Virus record (IMG/VR): IMGVR_UViG_2529293246_000004
Length of the DNA: 31,096 bases
Strand: one strand, 5' to 3'
DNA from: a virus
Lineage: Duplodnaviria > Heunggongvirae > Uroviricota > Caudoviricetes
In this document: positions 8,331 to 17,286 of the stretch, one piece after another
How positions within the stretch are numbered: position 1 is the stretch's first letter
How the letters are laid out: every line of letters begins with the position of its first letter
Notes under the pieces: model-generated
The model's database searches: none
Told to the model about the DNA's origin: nothing
Seen by the model: only the letters and a program-made list of their open reading frames with translations
Program-made: the position numbers and the translations under genes

Positions 8331-10580
8331 TTATACCTGCGCCACGTTATACCATGTCCCGTTAATGTATTTCTGCACCGGTCTGTAATATACGCCACCA
8401 ATGTTATCGGCAGAGTTTGAGCCGGTATCCTGAACAATAATGCCGGTATATACGCAACCTGACGGAGCCTGATGCGTCCATGTAATACCATTATTTGCTG
8501 GTTTATATGTAGATGCACCGCCCAGCCGCATGTCTCTCACATAACGTGAATCTGACTCAGCTTTGGTGTATGCACCAACATCTCCCGCTGAGGGTTTATG
8601 AGCAGTTGTATATAGTTGCGCCCATCCAGACCAGTTAGCATCTGTGGTATCTCGTCGGGAGCGAATATATGCCGGAGCATGAGCACCGCTGGTTCCACTC
8701 CAGCCAATAAGTAACTCACCCTCTCCTACTGCGGTTACACCAGTGAGATGAAGCACATTACCATAGGCTGTTGGGTAGCCATTGTTGTATGCCTCATACA
8801 TCTGAATACCTGGTGTCCCCTTTACGCTCCCACCTAATGCAGTAACACGGTTTCTGGAAACCAGTGTATTAATATTTATATCGGCAGAGCCATCAAATCT
8901 GACACCATTAATATTTCTTGCGTTCGCTAACTTTGTTGCTGTTGCAGCATTTCCTGAAAGGCTGGAAATAAATGGATGTGAGCAGTAATAACCGCGCCCA
9001 TTTTTAAAATCCAGAATAGCCTGCGCGTTCGTGCTTTCTGTAGCGGGATTAGTTGCCCCCCACTTATATGTCGTCTGACCGACGACATAATCCTCTGTCG
9101 GAACAATAACCGTTAGCCCTTCCTCTGCAAGAATTTGTACAGGGAAAGCTCTGGCTTCAACATAAAAAACACTACATACATCATCATCTTTCAGGCTTGT
9201 AACAATGGAATGAATTGAACGCTCATTAGTCTGATACGTCCAGAAATAACCTGCCGCATATGAACCACGATCAGTCCAGCCTCCGGGCATAACCATGCCA
9301 TTAAACTCGCAGTTATTCATTACATAATCGCTGTTATAACAACCAGTGGAAATAACGACGCGGGATGCCATTTCTCCTGAAAGGCTGGCAGCACGGCGAA
9401 AGATAACGGGATACCACTTCCCGGCAACGACATTTGCAGGGGCTGCAAACGAATACTTTCGCATTCCCTTTTTCTTATCCACTTCACCTTTGCTGTAAAC
9501 ATTAATGTTACTCAGGAAGCGCCCTTTATCAGGAATATCCGCACCGTTCTGATCTTTCTGAAGACGTTTTTCAGCATTGTCATAGGCAGACTTCACCGCT
9601 TTTGGTGTTGCAGCCAGCGTTTCAGAATCACTGTTGGTGGCGCTACTGAGCTGGACAAGACCTTTTCGCGCCGTGGTGGCATCCTGTGCAGTGTATTTCC
9701 CGTTAGCAAGGTCATACGCGGCCTTTACCGCCTTTGGCGTTGCCGCAAGCGTTTCAGAATCGCTGTTGGTGACGCTACTGAGCTGGACAAGACCTTTTCG
9801 CGCTGTGGTGGCGTCCTGTGCAGTGTATTTCCCGTTAGCAAGGTCATACGCGGCCTTTACCGCTTTTGGTGTTGCGGCGAGCGTTTCAGACGTGCTGTTG
9901 GTGGCACTACTGAGCTGGACAAGGCCTTTTCGCGCTGTGGTGGCGTCCTGTGCGGTATATTTCCCGTTAGCAAGGTCATACGCGGCCTTTACCGCTTTCG
10001 GCGTTGCGGCCAGTGTTTCAGATGTGCTGTTGGTCGCACTGCTTAACTGAGTAAAACCTTTTGCGGTCAGCGAGGCGTCCGGGTGACGTCGTGACTGTTC
10101 GTGCTCTGCAATTTTGTCATCAACGTAATCCTGTGTCGCCATCACCGTTGTGGTGTCAATGGTCAGCTCCACCGAGGCCACACTGCTGACGATGATGACC
10201 ATGCGACAGGTCTGCGAACGCCCTGAGCCTTCGGCAAGAGCTGGCTTATAACTTTCGGCCATGTTCGCCACGGCAATTAACGTTCCCGCATCATCGTACA
10301 GGCCAAGCTCACGCATCCAGAAACCGCCCACCTCCGGCGGAATAACCAGCTCTGCGATAATATAATTACTGTTTCGTTTGTCCTGGCTGATTTTGTTCAG
10401 CGTATGTCGCCAGACTTCGTGGATAAGCCCAGTCTGTCCGGCATCCGGGACAGGCAATTTACCACCGCCATCCCCGACGGCCATCGTGGTAATGTTGACC
10501 TTCCGCCCTCCCGGTGCGGTTGCCGCTGCCAGCTTTGCTGCACCGGCAGTGGTGATAACGGTTTTGAATTTTGTGCTCAT
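8331..10580 (-). CDS. H: Tail fibre protein H
   Basis: 749 aa. N-terminus MSTKFKTVITTAGAAKLAAA is typical of P2 gpH. ATG at 10580..10578 with GAGGA upstream. Contains four tandem copies of a 44-aa fibre repeat (LSSATNSTSETLAATPKAVKAAYDLANGKYTAQDATTARKGLVQ). The C-terminal half is divergent and AT-richer. Confidence 0.9.
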   Translation of the reverse strand: MSTKFKTVITTAGAAKLAAATAPGGRKVNITTMAVGDGGGKLPVPDAGQTGLIHEVWRHTLNKISQDKRNSNYIIAELVIPPEVGGFWMRELGLYDDAGTLIAVANMAESYKPALAEGSGRSQTCRMVIIVSSVASVELTIDTTTVMATQDYVDDKIAEHEQSRRHPDASLTAKGFTQLSSATNSTSETLAATPKAVKAAYDLANGKYTAQDATTARKGLVQLSSATNSTSETLAATPKAVKAAYDLANGKYTAQDATTARKGLVQLSSVTNSDSETLAATPKAVKAAYDLANGKYTAQDATTARKGLVQLSSATNSDSETLAATPKAVKSAYDNAEKRLQKDQNGADIPDKGRFLSNINVYSKGEVDKKKGMRKYSFAAPANVVAGKWYPVIFRRAASLSGEMASRVVISTGCYNSDYVMNNCEFNGMVMPGGWTDRGSYAAGYFWTYQTNERSIHSIVTSLKDDDVCSVFYVEARAFPVQILAEEGLTVIVPTEDYVVGQTTYKWGATNPATESTNAQAILDFKNGRGYYCSHPFISSLSGNAATATKLANARNINGVRFDGSADININTLVSRNRVTALGGSVKGTPGIQMYEAYNNGYPTAYGNVLHLTGVTAVGEGELLIGWSGTSGAHAPAYIRSRRDTTDANWSGWAQLYTTAHKPSAGDVGAYTKAESDSRYVRDMRLGGASTYKPANNGITWTHQAPSGCVYTGIIVQDTGSNSADNIGGVYYRPVQKYINGTWYNVAQV
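9590..10080. repeat. Tandem direct repeats, 132-bp unit, about 3.7 copies, inside H
   Basis: Near-identical 132-nt units begin at about 9615, 9747, 9879 and 10011 (agcgtttcagaatc...ctgagctggacaag...). They are in frame and encode the 44-aa repeat. The repetitive plus-strand ORF 9634..10050 is their antisense shadow. Confidence 0.85.
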
Positions 10581-10590
10581 TATTCCTCAC

Positions 10591-11121
10591 TTATCCGGGG
10601 TAAACCGTAATTACATCGCCGTCGTAAGCCACACCACCGGCGAACAGGTGGCCGGGAATGTCCCGGGTAATGTTCAGGCCAATAAGGCGGCGGCTTGCAG
10701 GTTTGGCATCAGCAATCAGCCGTTCCATTTCCTGATACATTGCCTCTGTGATGCCGCTTTCCAGTACACCAATATCAAGCCGGAAGGTGCCGGGCGGGTC
10801 ACTGTTTTCCCACCACTCCGTCACGTTGATGAGATAGCCGAGCGGCTCCACCACACGCCGGATTGCACCTATTGTGCCTTTATGACAGTGGATGAAATAC
10901 GCATCGCGGATAACGGCGCGTTTTGTCGCTTCCGGCCACTTTTCATCCCACCTGTCGACCGAAAACGCCCACGCCAGCCACGGCAGCAGATTTGCCGGGC
11001 AGGTGTCCGGGTTCCACAGCTCACGAATACTGACCGGCGTTTTTTCAATTTCCGCACAGGCTTTTGCGGCGGCAACTTCAAGCGGTGATGAGCCGGTCGG
11101 CAGCAGGCGCGAATCACTCAT
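10591..11121 (-). CDS. I: Baseplate assembly protein I
   Basis: 176 aa (P2 gpI length), between J and H. Confidence 0.88.
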   Translation of the reverse strand: MSDSRLLPTGSSPLEVAAAKACAEIEKTPVSIRELWNPDTCPANLLPWLAWAFSVDRWDEKWPEATKRAVIRDAYFIHCHKGTIGAIRRVVEPLGYLINVTEWWENSDPPGTFRLDIGVLESGITEAMYQEMERLIADAKPASRRLIGLNITRDIPGHLFAGGVAYDGDVITVYPG

Positions 11122-12022
11122 CCGAGCCTCCGGTCACGACGCTGTATTCGGTGCAGAAAGACGCCTGCGTACTGTTGAGCACAATGTCGGCCAGTGGTGC
11201 GGCCAGCTCGACACGCTGCACGCCTTCCACATGCAAAGCGGCATAAATGGCAGACAGACGGATGTCGCGCCCCAGCCGGTGCTGTGCCGTGATGTACGCT
11301 TCCAGTTTTTTCACGGCAGCAGCGCGGATGGGTTCGCTTTCAGGACCAGGGTAAAGGTAAAGCGTGGCGTTTATCTGGTATTCAACGATGGCGGCAGACT
11401 GCACGGTCACGCGGTCGGCCACCGGCCTGACGTCCTCGCCATTAAGGGCGTTGCGCACCACCGCCAGCAGGTCTTCGGATGCGACACCGTTATTTTCGCG
11501 AGACAGCACAGAGATAGTGACACAGGCCGGAGACGGACTGGTGACAGAGATATCCGCGACACGCCCGTCGGCACTGCGACCATGATACTGATAAGCACCC
11601 ACCGACCCGGCAACGCTTAAACCTTCAAACGCCTGCTGAATACGCAGACGATAATCAGTATCAGATTCCATCACTGCCGGTGTCGGCGGGATGGTCGAAT
11701 CATCTGCCGGGGTGATAGTCAGGCGCGTGGTGTTGTAATTGGCACCAATCACATCAAGGTCATTACCGGCGGCACAAGCCAGCATCACCGCCCGTGCGGC
11801 CTCATTCACACGCTGACGCCAGATAAGCTCACGATAAGCATTTTCCTCCAGCAATTTGACGAGAGGCTCGGATTCCAGCGTCAGGGTACGGGCGACCGCC
11901 TCCTGCTGGTCTTCCGGGTAAAGGGAAATCAGTGTCGCCTTGCGTTCGGCGAGAATGGTTTCAAAGTCCAGCTCCTCGACCACATCCGGTGCGGGTAGCT
12001 GGTTCAGGTCGATAATCGGCAT
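11114..12022 (-). CDS. J: Baseplate assembly protein J
   Basis: 302 aa (P2 gpJ length). Overlaps the I start by 8 nt. Confidence 0.88.
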   Translation of the reverse strand: MPIIDLNQLPAPDVVEELDFETILAERKATLISLYPEDQQEAVARTLTLESEPLVKLLEENAYRELIWRQRVNEAARAVMLACAAGNDLDVIGANYNTTRLTITPADDSTIPPTPAVMESDTDYRLRIQQAFEGLSVAGSVGAYQYHGRSADGRVADISVTSPSPACVTISVLSRENNGVASEDLLAVVRNALNGEDVRPVADRVTVQSAAIVEYQINATLYLYPGPESEPIRAAAVKKLEAYITAQHRLGRDIRLSAIYAALHVEGVQRVELAAPLADIVLNSTQASFCTEYSVVTGGSDE

Positions 12023-12026
12023 GGTT

Positions 12027-12374
12027 TCAACTCACAGGGATGGTTAACGAAAGTGGCTGGCCGGTGTCGTTGTGCTGACCGGTTAACGTGACCGTCATTC
12101 GCCCATCAAAACTGCGCGCCGTGGTGACGGATGACAGGGTGACGCGGGGTTCCCATTTCAGCACGGCCATGTAACAGGCGACCTTAATCTGCAACTCAAG
12201 CGCCGGGGTCTGCGGCTGGTCAATCATTGACGCCAGCAACGAGCCGTAATCACGACGCATCACCCGTGAGCCGACCGGTGTACGCAGGATATCGCCGATA
12301 CTCTGGCTGATATGCTCAAGGTCAGTGACCGTCAGGCCATCACTGCGATTCATTCCGAGATAACGCGCTGTCAT
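12027..12374 (-). CDS. W: Baseplate assembly protein W
   Basis: 115 aa (P2 gpW length). Overlaps the V stop. Confidence 0.88.
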   Translation of the reverse strand: MTARYLGMNRSDGLTVTDLEHISQSIGDILRTPVGSRVMRRDYGSLLASMIDQPQTPALELQIKVACYMAVLKWEPRVTLSSVTTARSFDGRMTVTLTGQHNDTGQPLSLTIPVS

Positions 12375-13006
12375 AGAGGACTCCCGGTTGTGCCGCCGCT
12401 GTCGCCTGGGTGTTTGTGGGTATGCAGTACCTTCCCGTTTGATGAGAGTTCACCGCCGGTGTGTTCAATGTTGCCGCGCATCGTCCCGCCCTTCTGCACT
12501 TCCAGCGTGCCGGTAATCAGCTTGTTAGTGCAGACCACCTCCGGTGTGTCCAGGGTGACGCGGGTTGATGCTTTCACCACGACCACCGGCACCGTGGCAG
12601 TAACAGAATCAGAAGCCGTCACGCTGGCCGTTTTAATTCCGCTTACCGTGAGTGCACTGGTTTCGGGTTCATACTCAATCACCGCCCCGTCAGGGAAACG
12701 GATATGCAGGGCATCCGCCGACGCAGACGGCGCGGGGTTATCGCCGGAATAAATCCCCGGCAGAACGAACGCCGTGTCGAGTTCACCGCCCACGGCCAGA
12801 ATCAGCACCTGCTCCCCCACGGAAGGTGCCCACCATGTGCGCGAACGTCCGGCACGATGGGTCAGCCACTGAAGCCAGTCGGTGCACATGCCGCCGGTCT
12901 GCACACGGCAGCGACCGGCGTTAAGGTCGGTTTCGACGATAATGCCGGGGCGTATCATGTTGCGCAGTGCGCGCGCGAGTTCCTGAATATTTGCGAGAGT
13001 GTTCAT
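12371..13006 (-). CDS. V: Baseplate spike/assembly protein V
   Basis: 211 aa (P2 gpV length). First gene of the V-W-J-I-H-G operon. Confidence 0.88.
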   Translation of the reverse strand: MNTLANIQELARALRNMIRPGIIVETDLNAGRCRVQTGGMCTDWLQWLTHRAGRSRTWWAPSVGEQVLILAVGGELDTAFVLPGIYSGDNPAPSASADALHIRFPDGAVIEYEPETSALTVSGIKTASVTASDSVTATVPVVVVKASTRVTLDTPEVVCTNKLITGTLEVQKGGTMRGNIEHTGGELSSNGKVLHTHKHPGDSGGTTGSPL

Positions 13007-13072
13007 AACGGGAAGGATGCCGCCAGGTCATACCGTCGGCAATGTGACGATGAGGTGTCGGGAATGGCACAA
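13007..13072 (-). promoter_or_regulatory. Putative late promoter region (PV) between S and V
   Basis: 66-bp intergenic gap where P2 carries PV. The minus strand contains TGTgccattcccgacACC, an imperfect match to the Ogr-site consensus TGT-N12-ACA. Confidence 0.35.
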
Positions 13073-13525
13073 CTAACGGTCGAGGTGAGCCAGGATAATC
13101 TCTTCAATCATCTGCACATCCTCACCGGTAAAGCCGAGCAGAGGACGCGCCGGATAATCAATCTTCTTACCGTCTTTCCGGTTTTCTTCCGACAGACCGA
13201 ACTGATGCACGCTGGCGATTTTCGGTGACTTCCCGCCGTAAAACTCCATTGATGCCTGTTCAGGGCTGGCGCGGATATGCAAAAAACGACTGGTAATAAG
13301 TTTCGCAAACATTTTTCGCTTAACACGACCAGTCTTTTTTCTGGCGCTCTGCTGCTGGCGTGGCGCGTAGGGTGTGCCGTCCGGGGCTTTCTGTGCCATC
13401 ACCCGACGCTGCTGACTCTGCCGCAGACGTTTCGCCAGTTCGGCACTCAGTCGCCGACGCCCTGACGGTGACAGCGATTCAATCAGTCCGGCCAGCCGGT
13501 CTTCAAAACGCTTAAACTCATTCAT
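13073..13525 (-). CDS. S: Tail completion protein S
   Basis: 150 aa (P2 gpS length). Overlaps the R stop. Confidence 0.88.
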   Translation of the reverse strand: MNEFKRFEDRLAGLIESLSPSGRRRLSAELAKRLRQSQQRRVMAQKAPDGTPYAPRQQQSARKKTGRVKRKMFAKLITSRFLHIRASPEQASMEFYGGKSPKIASVHQFGLSEENRKDGKKIDYPARPLLGFTGEDVQMIEEIILAHLDR

Positions 13526-13985
13526 CCCACTTGCTCACCAGTTCGCCATTGATATAAAGCTCCATCGGGCGGGTGACCGGCTCCGGCGGCGGGGGTTCCG
13601 GGATATTCTTCACATGCAGTGCGCCGTCCACCTCACTGACCAGCGTGCGCTCGGTCAGCATCAGGCTGATGCTGATATCAAAGCTGCTGTCATTGTTGAT
13701 GTCTGCATAAAACGTGAAGCCCTTTTTCTGACCTTCGTCGGTGGTCATGATGTCGGGCTGATTTTCCCGCAGCCACGCCAGCACCGGCACGATGAGCAGG
13801 TCAAAATCACCGGTAAAGTCGGTCACAATGACATTGAGCGTGTAACGCTTTTCGAATGACAGCGACGTCGCCAGTGTGGAGGCAATACTCCCGTTATCCA
13901 CGAATATCCGCAGCATATCGGGGTTAGTTTTCAGTACCGTGACGGCATCAGTCAGCGCCCTGCGCAGGCTGTCGGGTTTGAGCAT
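13518..13985 (-). CDS. R: Tail completion protein R
   Basis: 155 aa (P2 gpR length). Confidence 0.88.
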   Translation of the reverse strand: MLKPDSLRRALTDAVTVLKTNPDMLRIFVDNGSIASTLATSLSFEKRYTLNVIVTDFTGDFDLLIVPVLAWLRENQPDIMTTDEGQKKGFTFYADINNDSSFDISISLMLTERTLVSEVDGALHVKNIPEPPPPEPVTRPMELYINGELVSKWDE

Positions 13986-14238
13986 CGTTTTCGTCCTGAC
14001 AGTGTGTAATCATTTTTACCTGGCTGGCACAGCGCGCCAGCGCGTTCTCAAGCTGCCGGATATCGGCACTTAAATCGCCGTTCGTCTGCGGGTCACTGCC
14101 CGGCATCGGGCAAAGGCTCACTTTCGGGCAGGCGTTGTGGACAATCACTGGCGTCGGTGCAGGCGGGGCGCTGGTGCAACCGGCGCACAGCATCAGGCAG
14201 GTCAGCGCCGTACCAGCGGCGAAAATCTTCGTTTTCAT
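13948..14238 (-). CDS. lysC: LysC, Rz1-like outer-membrane lipoprotein (o-spanin)
   Basis: ORF 13948..14355 trimmed to the internal Met: MKTKIFAAGTALTCLMLCAGC... has a signal peptide and lipobox (LCAGC) followed by a Pro-rich segment. 96 aa as in P2 LysC. Embedded in the +1 frame of lysB and extending past its stop. Confidence 0.75.
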   Translation of the reverse strand: MKTKIFAAGTALTCLMLCAGCTSAPPAPTPVIVHNACPKVSLCPMPGSDPQTNGDLSADIRQLENALARCASQVKMITHCQDENDAQTRQPAQGAD

Positions 14239-14518
14239 TGAGTAATCTCGTGATGGTTTTCTCGCGCTGAGCTTCACGCTTCGCGGCGTTCTCCAGTTCC
14301 TGACGCAGTGCCACCTGCGCCAGCTCGTTTTTGTCTGCCCTGGTGAGCGCAACATGAAGCTGATTTTTCAGCATGGTGATGGTCGTCTGCTGCCCGCTGG
14401 CAACGTTGTTCGCCCTGTCCAGCGAGGCGCGCAGGCTGGCATTTTTGTGTTTCACCAGAAACAGACCGGCCACCGCCAGTGATAACAACACAACCAGCAC
14501 AATCATCAGCCTTGACAT
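14093..14518 (-). CDS. lysB: LysB, Rz-like inner-membrane spanin (i-spanin)
   Basis: 141 aa (P2 LysB length). N-terminal transmembrane helix (IVLVVLLSLAVAGLFLV) then a charged coiled-coil region. Confidence 0.85.
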   Translation of the reverse strand: MSRLMIVLVVLLSLAVAGLFLVKHKNASLRASLDRANNVASGQQTTITMLKNQLHVALTRADKNELAQVALRQELENAAKREAQREKTITRLLNENEDFRRWYGADLPDAVRRLHQRPACTDASDCPQRLPESEPLPDAGQ

Positions 14519-14931
14519 GGTTCCCGCCCCTCAAAACGCTGACGGCAGGCCGTACGTATCAGCCGGAAGAACACCGACACCACGAGGTAAATCAGCGCAG
14601 TAAAAATCCACCCGGCGGCAACCAGCGAGATAAATGTCGCCACCATCACCACCAGAGCTACTGCCCGTCTGCGCCACGGCACCGGCTGCAAAAACAGCGA
14701 CGTGACAATCTTCACGGCCAGCGATTCCGGCGGCAGCTCCCGCCCGTAGCGTTCCAGTACATACTCCGTGGCATACACGCCGACACCACCGGCAACCACA
14801 CAGATAACCGTCGCCAGAATCGCCCAGGCAGCGACAAAACTGACGGTCACGCTCTGCGGGTAAATCAGGGACAGTGCAAGCATCAGCGCCAGCGACACGT
14901 TCAGCATCAGTGAAAGGGATAATTTCTTCAT
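14506..14931 (-). CDS. lysA: LysA, lysis-timing membrane protein
   Basis: 141 aa (P2 LysA length) with several hydrophobic helices. Sits between K and lysB. Confidence 0.8.
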   Translation of the reverse strand: MKKLSLSLMLNVSLALMLALSLIYPQSVTVSFVAAWAILATVICVVAGGVGVYATEYVLERYGRELPPESLAVKIVTSLFLQPVPWRRRAVALVVMVATFISLVAAGWIFTALIYLVVSVFFRLIRTACRQRFEGREPCQG

Positions 14932-14945
14932 GGTGTTTACTCCGT

Positions 14946-15443
14946 TTAAGCCGGTACGCCGCCAGCGGTACGCCAGACGGTGACCAGTTTTTCCAGTGAA
15001 TGCTCACGCTGACCGTAACCGGCACCCGGCAGGGACGCCCAGATATTGCGACAGCGTGAAATGGCGCGGTCAATGCGTCCCGCCCGGATGTCATCCAGTG
15101 CACCGCGTTCGCGGATCAACTGAATGGCGAGCCTGTCCTGTGACAACGGACTGAAATCCGGCAGGGCAAGCTGTTTGCGGTAATGCGGCCAGAACAGGTA
15201 AAGCTGCTGATAGCGACCGGAGGCCGTTGATTTTTCACCGCGACGGTTAAACACCTTCGCCGGTCGGCCATGCGCGAACGGGTGGTCACTGTAGTCGGTG
15301 AAAATTTCCGGCTTTCCGTCCAGTCCGGTGACTATCACGTCATAGCCCCGGTTTTTCGTCAGCGGATGATTCGCCGTCCCTTCGGACACGGCCAGCATGT
15401 CGAGAAAGGCGGCGATATTCTGATGCGTGTTAATTACCGGCAT
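14946..15443 (-). CDS. K: Endolysin (phage lysozyme) K
   Basis: 165 aa (P2 gpK length), immediately downstream of the holin gene Y. Confidence 0.88.
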   Translation of the reverse strand: MPVINTHQNIAAFLDMLAVSEGTANHPLTKNRGYDVIVTGLDGKPEIFTDYSDHPFAHGRPAKVFNRRGEKSTASGRYQQLYLFWPHYRKQLALPDFSPLSQDRLAIQLIRERGALDDIRAGRIDRAISRCRNIWASLPGAGYGQREHSLEKLVTVWRTAGGVPA

Positions 15444-15724
15444 TACGGTTTCCCCCTGCCCTTAAAGCGGCGCTGAATGGCAATCTCAATCACCTGATAA
15501 CCGGCGATACCCAGCATGGAGCCGATGCCGCACACCGCAGGCAGTGACAGGTCAGGAAACTGCACCAGAACAACACCGGCAACCATCGAGACAAAACCAC
15601 CGAGTAACATGCGCCCGATAAACAGACGCGGGGTGATGGGTTCACCACCGGCAAGCACCTTGCCGACAACAATCAGCACCCCAATCATGAAAAGCGACAG
15701 GACGCTTTTTTCTTCTGCTGTCAT
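15443..15724 (-). CDS. Y: Holin Y
   Basis: 93 aa (P2 gpY length). Hydrophobic transmembrane segments and a charged C-terminus (RRFKGRGKP). Confidence 0.85.
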   Translation of the reverse strand: MTAEEKSVLSLFMIGVLIVVGKVLAGGEPITPRLFIGRMLLGGFVSMVAGVVLVQFPDLSLPAVCGIGSMLGIAGYQVIEIAIQRRFKGRGKP

Positions 15725-15727
15725 GCG

Positions 15728-15931
15728 TTACTCCCACAGATTGACAGTTTCAGCCACGGGCGCGGTCTGAACGTCGGGCAGTTCGACGGCGGTGCCGTGC
15801 GGCAGCACCGCACCCAGTTCAGCCAGTCCCGGATTTGCGGCGAGCACGGCCTCGACCACGCCCTCAGTGCGCCCGTAATACCGGACACAGATGGCGTCGA
15901 GCGTGTCGCCCTGTAGCGCAAAGGTCTTCAT
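15728..15931 (-). CDS. X: Tail protein X
   Basis: ORF 15728..16000 trimmed to MKTFALQGDTLDAICVRYYG..., giving 67 aa as in P2 gpX. ATG overlaps the L stop (ATGA). Confidence 0.85.
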   Translation of the reverse strand: MKTFALQGDTLDAICVRYYGRTEGVVEAVLAANPGLAELGAVLPHGTAVELPDVQTAPVAETVNLWE

Positions 15932-16440
15932 CAGATTTGACTCACAATGCAGCGCGGCTTGTCCTGGATTCGCGCCACTGCCCAGCGCATATCCCGCCAC
16001 AGCTCATCAATGGTGCTGTCAATGCTGTCGGCCTTCTTGTCGCCTTTGGCACTGGCATCCACGCCGCGATAACGCTCATAAAGCGACGCGGTCGCCATCG
16101 CACACACGGCGCGCTCGTAGTAAAAAACTTTGATGCTTTCACCGTCGATGTCGTCCGCCGGGACTTCCGCCAGACGCGTAAAACCGGCGGCAATTTTCTG
16201 TTCGCGGTACTCGTACAGCTCCGCATTCGTCTCCGCCATGCCTGACTTGATGGCCTCACGCAGACGGGCGGGGGCGACGGTCTGCTCAAGGCGCATACGT
16301 TCCCGGACGCGCTTCGGGTCGATATCGGGAAAAAAGAACGTGTTTTTAATCACCGGCTCGTCGCCTGCCGGTTGCGGGATGACCACCGTACCCTCACCGG
16401 ACACGGGAGCCTCCTTTCGCGGAATAATCAGCGTCATCAT
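15931..16440 (-). CDS. L: Head completion/stabilisation protein L
   Basis: ORF 15931..16500 trimmed to MMTLIIPRKEAP..., giving 169 aa as in P2 gpL. Confidence 0.85.
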   Translation of the reverse strand: MMTLIIPRKEAPVSGEGTVVIPQPAGDEPVIKNTFFFPDIDPKRVRERMRLEQTVAPARLREAIKSGMAETNAELYEYREQKIAAGFTRLAEVPADDIDGESIKVFYYERAVCAMATASLYERYRGVDASAKGDKKADSIDSTIDELWRDMRWAVARIQDKPRCIVSQI

Positions 16441-16539
16441 GACTACCTCTGAAAAGTCGGGCGGTGGACGCCGGTGCAGTGTCAGGTGATTCACCCTCAC
16501 TGACCGGCGTGCCGCCCTGGCGCGGGGCGCATTCGGTTG

Positions 16540-17283
16540 TTAACTGACTTTCTTTTTCGGGCGTCCACGTTTTGCCGGTGTCACGCTCCGGGTCTTACGC
16601 GGGGCGCGGGTGGCCGCTTTGGGCTGCGGCTCCGGCTTCGGTTTCAGCTCCCGCTCCAGTCGTTCAATCTCTTTTTTGACGCCTGCCTGACAGTCGAGCT
16701 GTGTCGCACGTTGCAGGTGCGCCAGCGCACCTGCGGCATCACCACCGTCACGCAGAAACAGACCGGTGATTTTGTGCAGCTTTGCGCGCACTTCATCAGG
16801 CATGTCAGCCGTGGCGGTCAGTTCAAGGGTGTCCGTCAGCAGGCGGGGATCCACAGACTCACCGGCAGCGTGAGCGCGCATGGCCGCAAGCGCCACCTCC
16901 TCGGTGAACATGTACGGCGGGGTGCGGCGGTGTTTCCCCGGCATGGTCAGACCATACTTCAGGGCATAACGGGCAATCTCCAGCGCACCGGCAATATCGC
17001 CGGTATCCAGACGCCACAGCATGACCGTCATCAGAATGTCATCCTGTGCACCTTTGCCCTGCTCCAGCACGCCGTTCACCCACGGCAACCAGAACGGCAG
17101 CAGTTCGCGTTTTTTCGCGGCCTTCAGCTCTTTTGAATAAATCGCTTTCAGTGTGCGCTGGTCTGCGGCGAGCTTAACCAGCATCTGCTCATAGACAGTT
17201 GCATGTCGCAGCGGGGCGGCTTCCCGCTGCGCGGTCATCGCTGCCGAGACCCGCATCATGTGGCGCTGTGCGGGACTCGTCAT
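16540..17283 (-). CDS. M: Terminase small (endonuclease) subunit M
   Basis: 247 aa (P2 gpM length), between N and L. Confidence 0.88.
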   Translation of the reverse strand: MTSPAQRHMMRVSAAMTAQREAAPLRHATVYEQMLVKLAADQRTLKAIYSKELKAAKKRELLPFWLPWVNGVLEQGKGAQDDILMTVMLWRLDTGDIAGALEIARYALKYGLTMPGKHRRTPPYMFTEEVALAAMRAHAAGESVDPRLLTDTLELTATADMPDEVRAKLHKITGLFLRDGGDAAGALAHLQRATQLDCQAGVKKEIERLERELKPKPEPQPKAATRAPRKTRSVTPAKRGRPKKKVS

Positions 17284-17286
17284 CGG

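Noticed and set aside
9634-10050. 138-aa plus-strand ORF with striking internal repetition
   Set aside because: It is the antisense reading of the 132-bp tandem repeats inside tail-fibre gene H. It lies wholly within a well-supported minus-strand gene and has no independent start signals.
9590-10080. Possible CRISPR-like array suggested by regular repeats
   Set aside because: The repeats are contiguous 132-bp units with no unique spacers, are in frame within H, and encode a tail-fibre peptide repeat. No cas genes are present.
10378-11088. 236-aa plus-strand ORF spanning the H/I junction
   Set aside because: Antisense to two conserved baseplate and tail-fibre genes with nothing to support it independently.
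14440-14525. Apparent one-base frame inconsistency when reading the lysB start and lysA stop by eye
   Set aside because: The supplied ORF track shows both genes intact and of canonical length, and flanking checkpoints agree with the track. I attribute the discrepancy to my manual base counting, not a pseudogene. Hand-read motif coordinates therefore carry about +/-2 nt uncertainty.
14531-15103. 190-aa minus-strand ORF overlapping lysA and K in another frame, and the plus-strand ORF 14479..14913
   Set aside because: Alternative-frame or antisense overlaps of the conserved lysis genes, with Cys/Arg-rich composition typical of out-of-frame artefacts.
16537-17136. 199-aa plus-strand ORF antisense to terminase small subunit M, and similar antisense ORFs within N, O, P, Q and A (for example 17782..18069, 18456..18914, 19474..20184, 20698..21147, 25418..25756)
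   Set aside because: All are nested in conserved P2 structural or replication genes on the opposite strand or in another frame. None has a convincing RBS.
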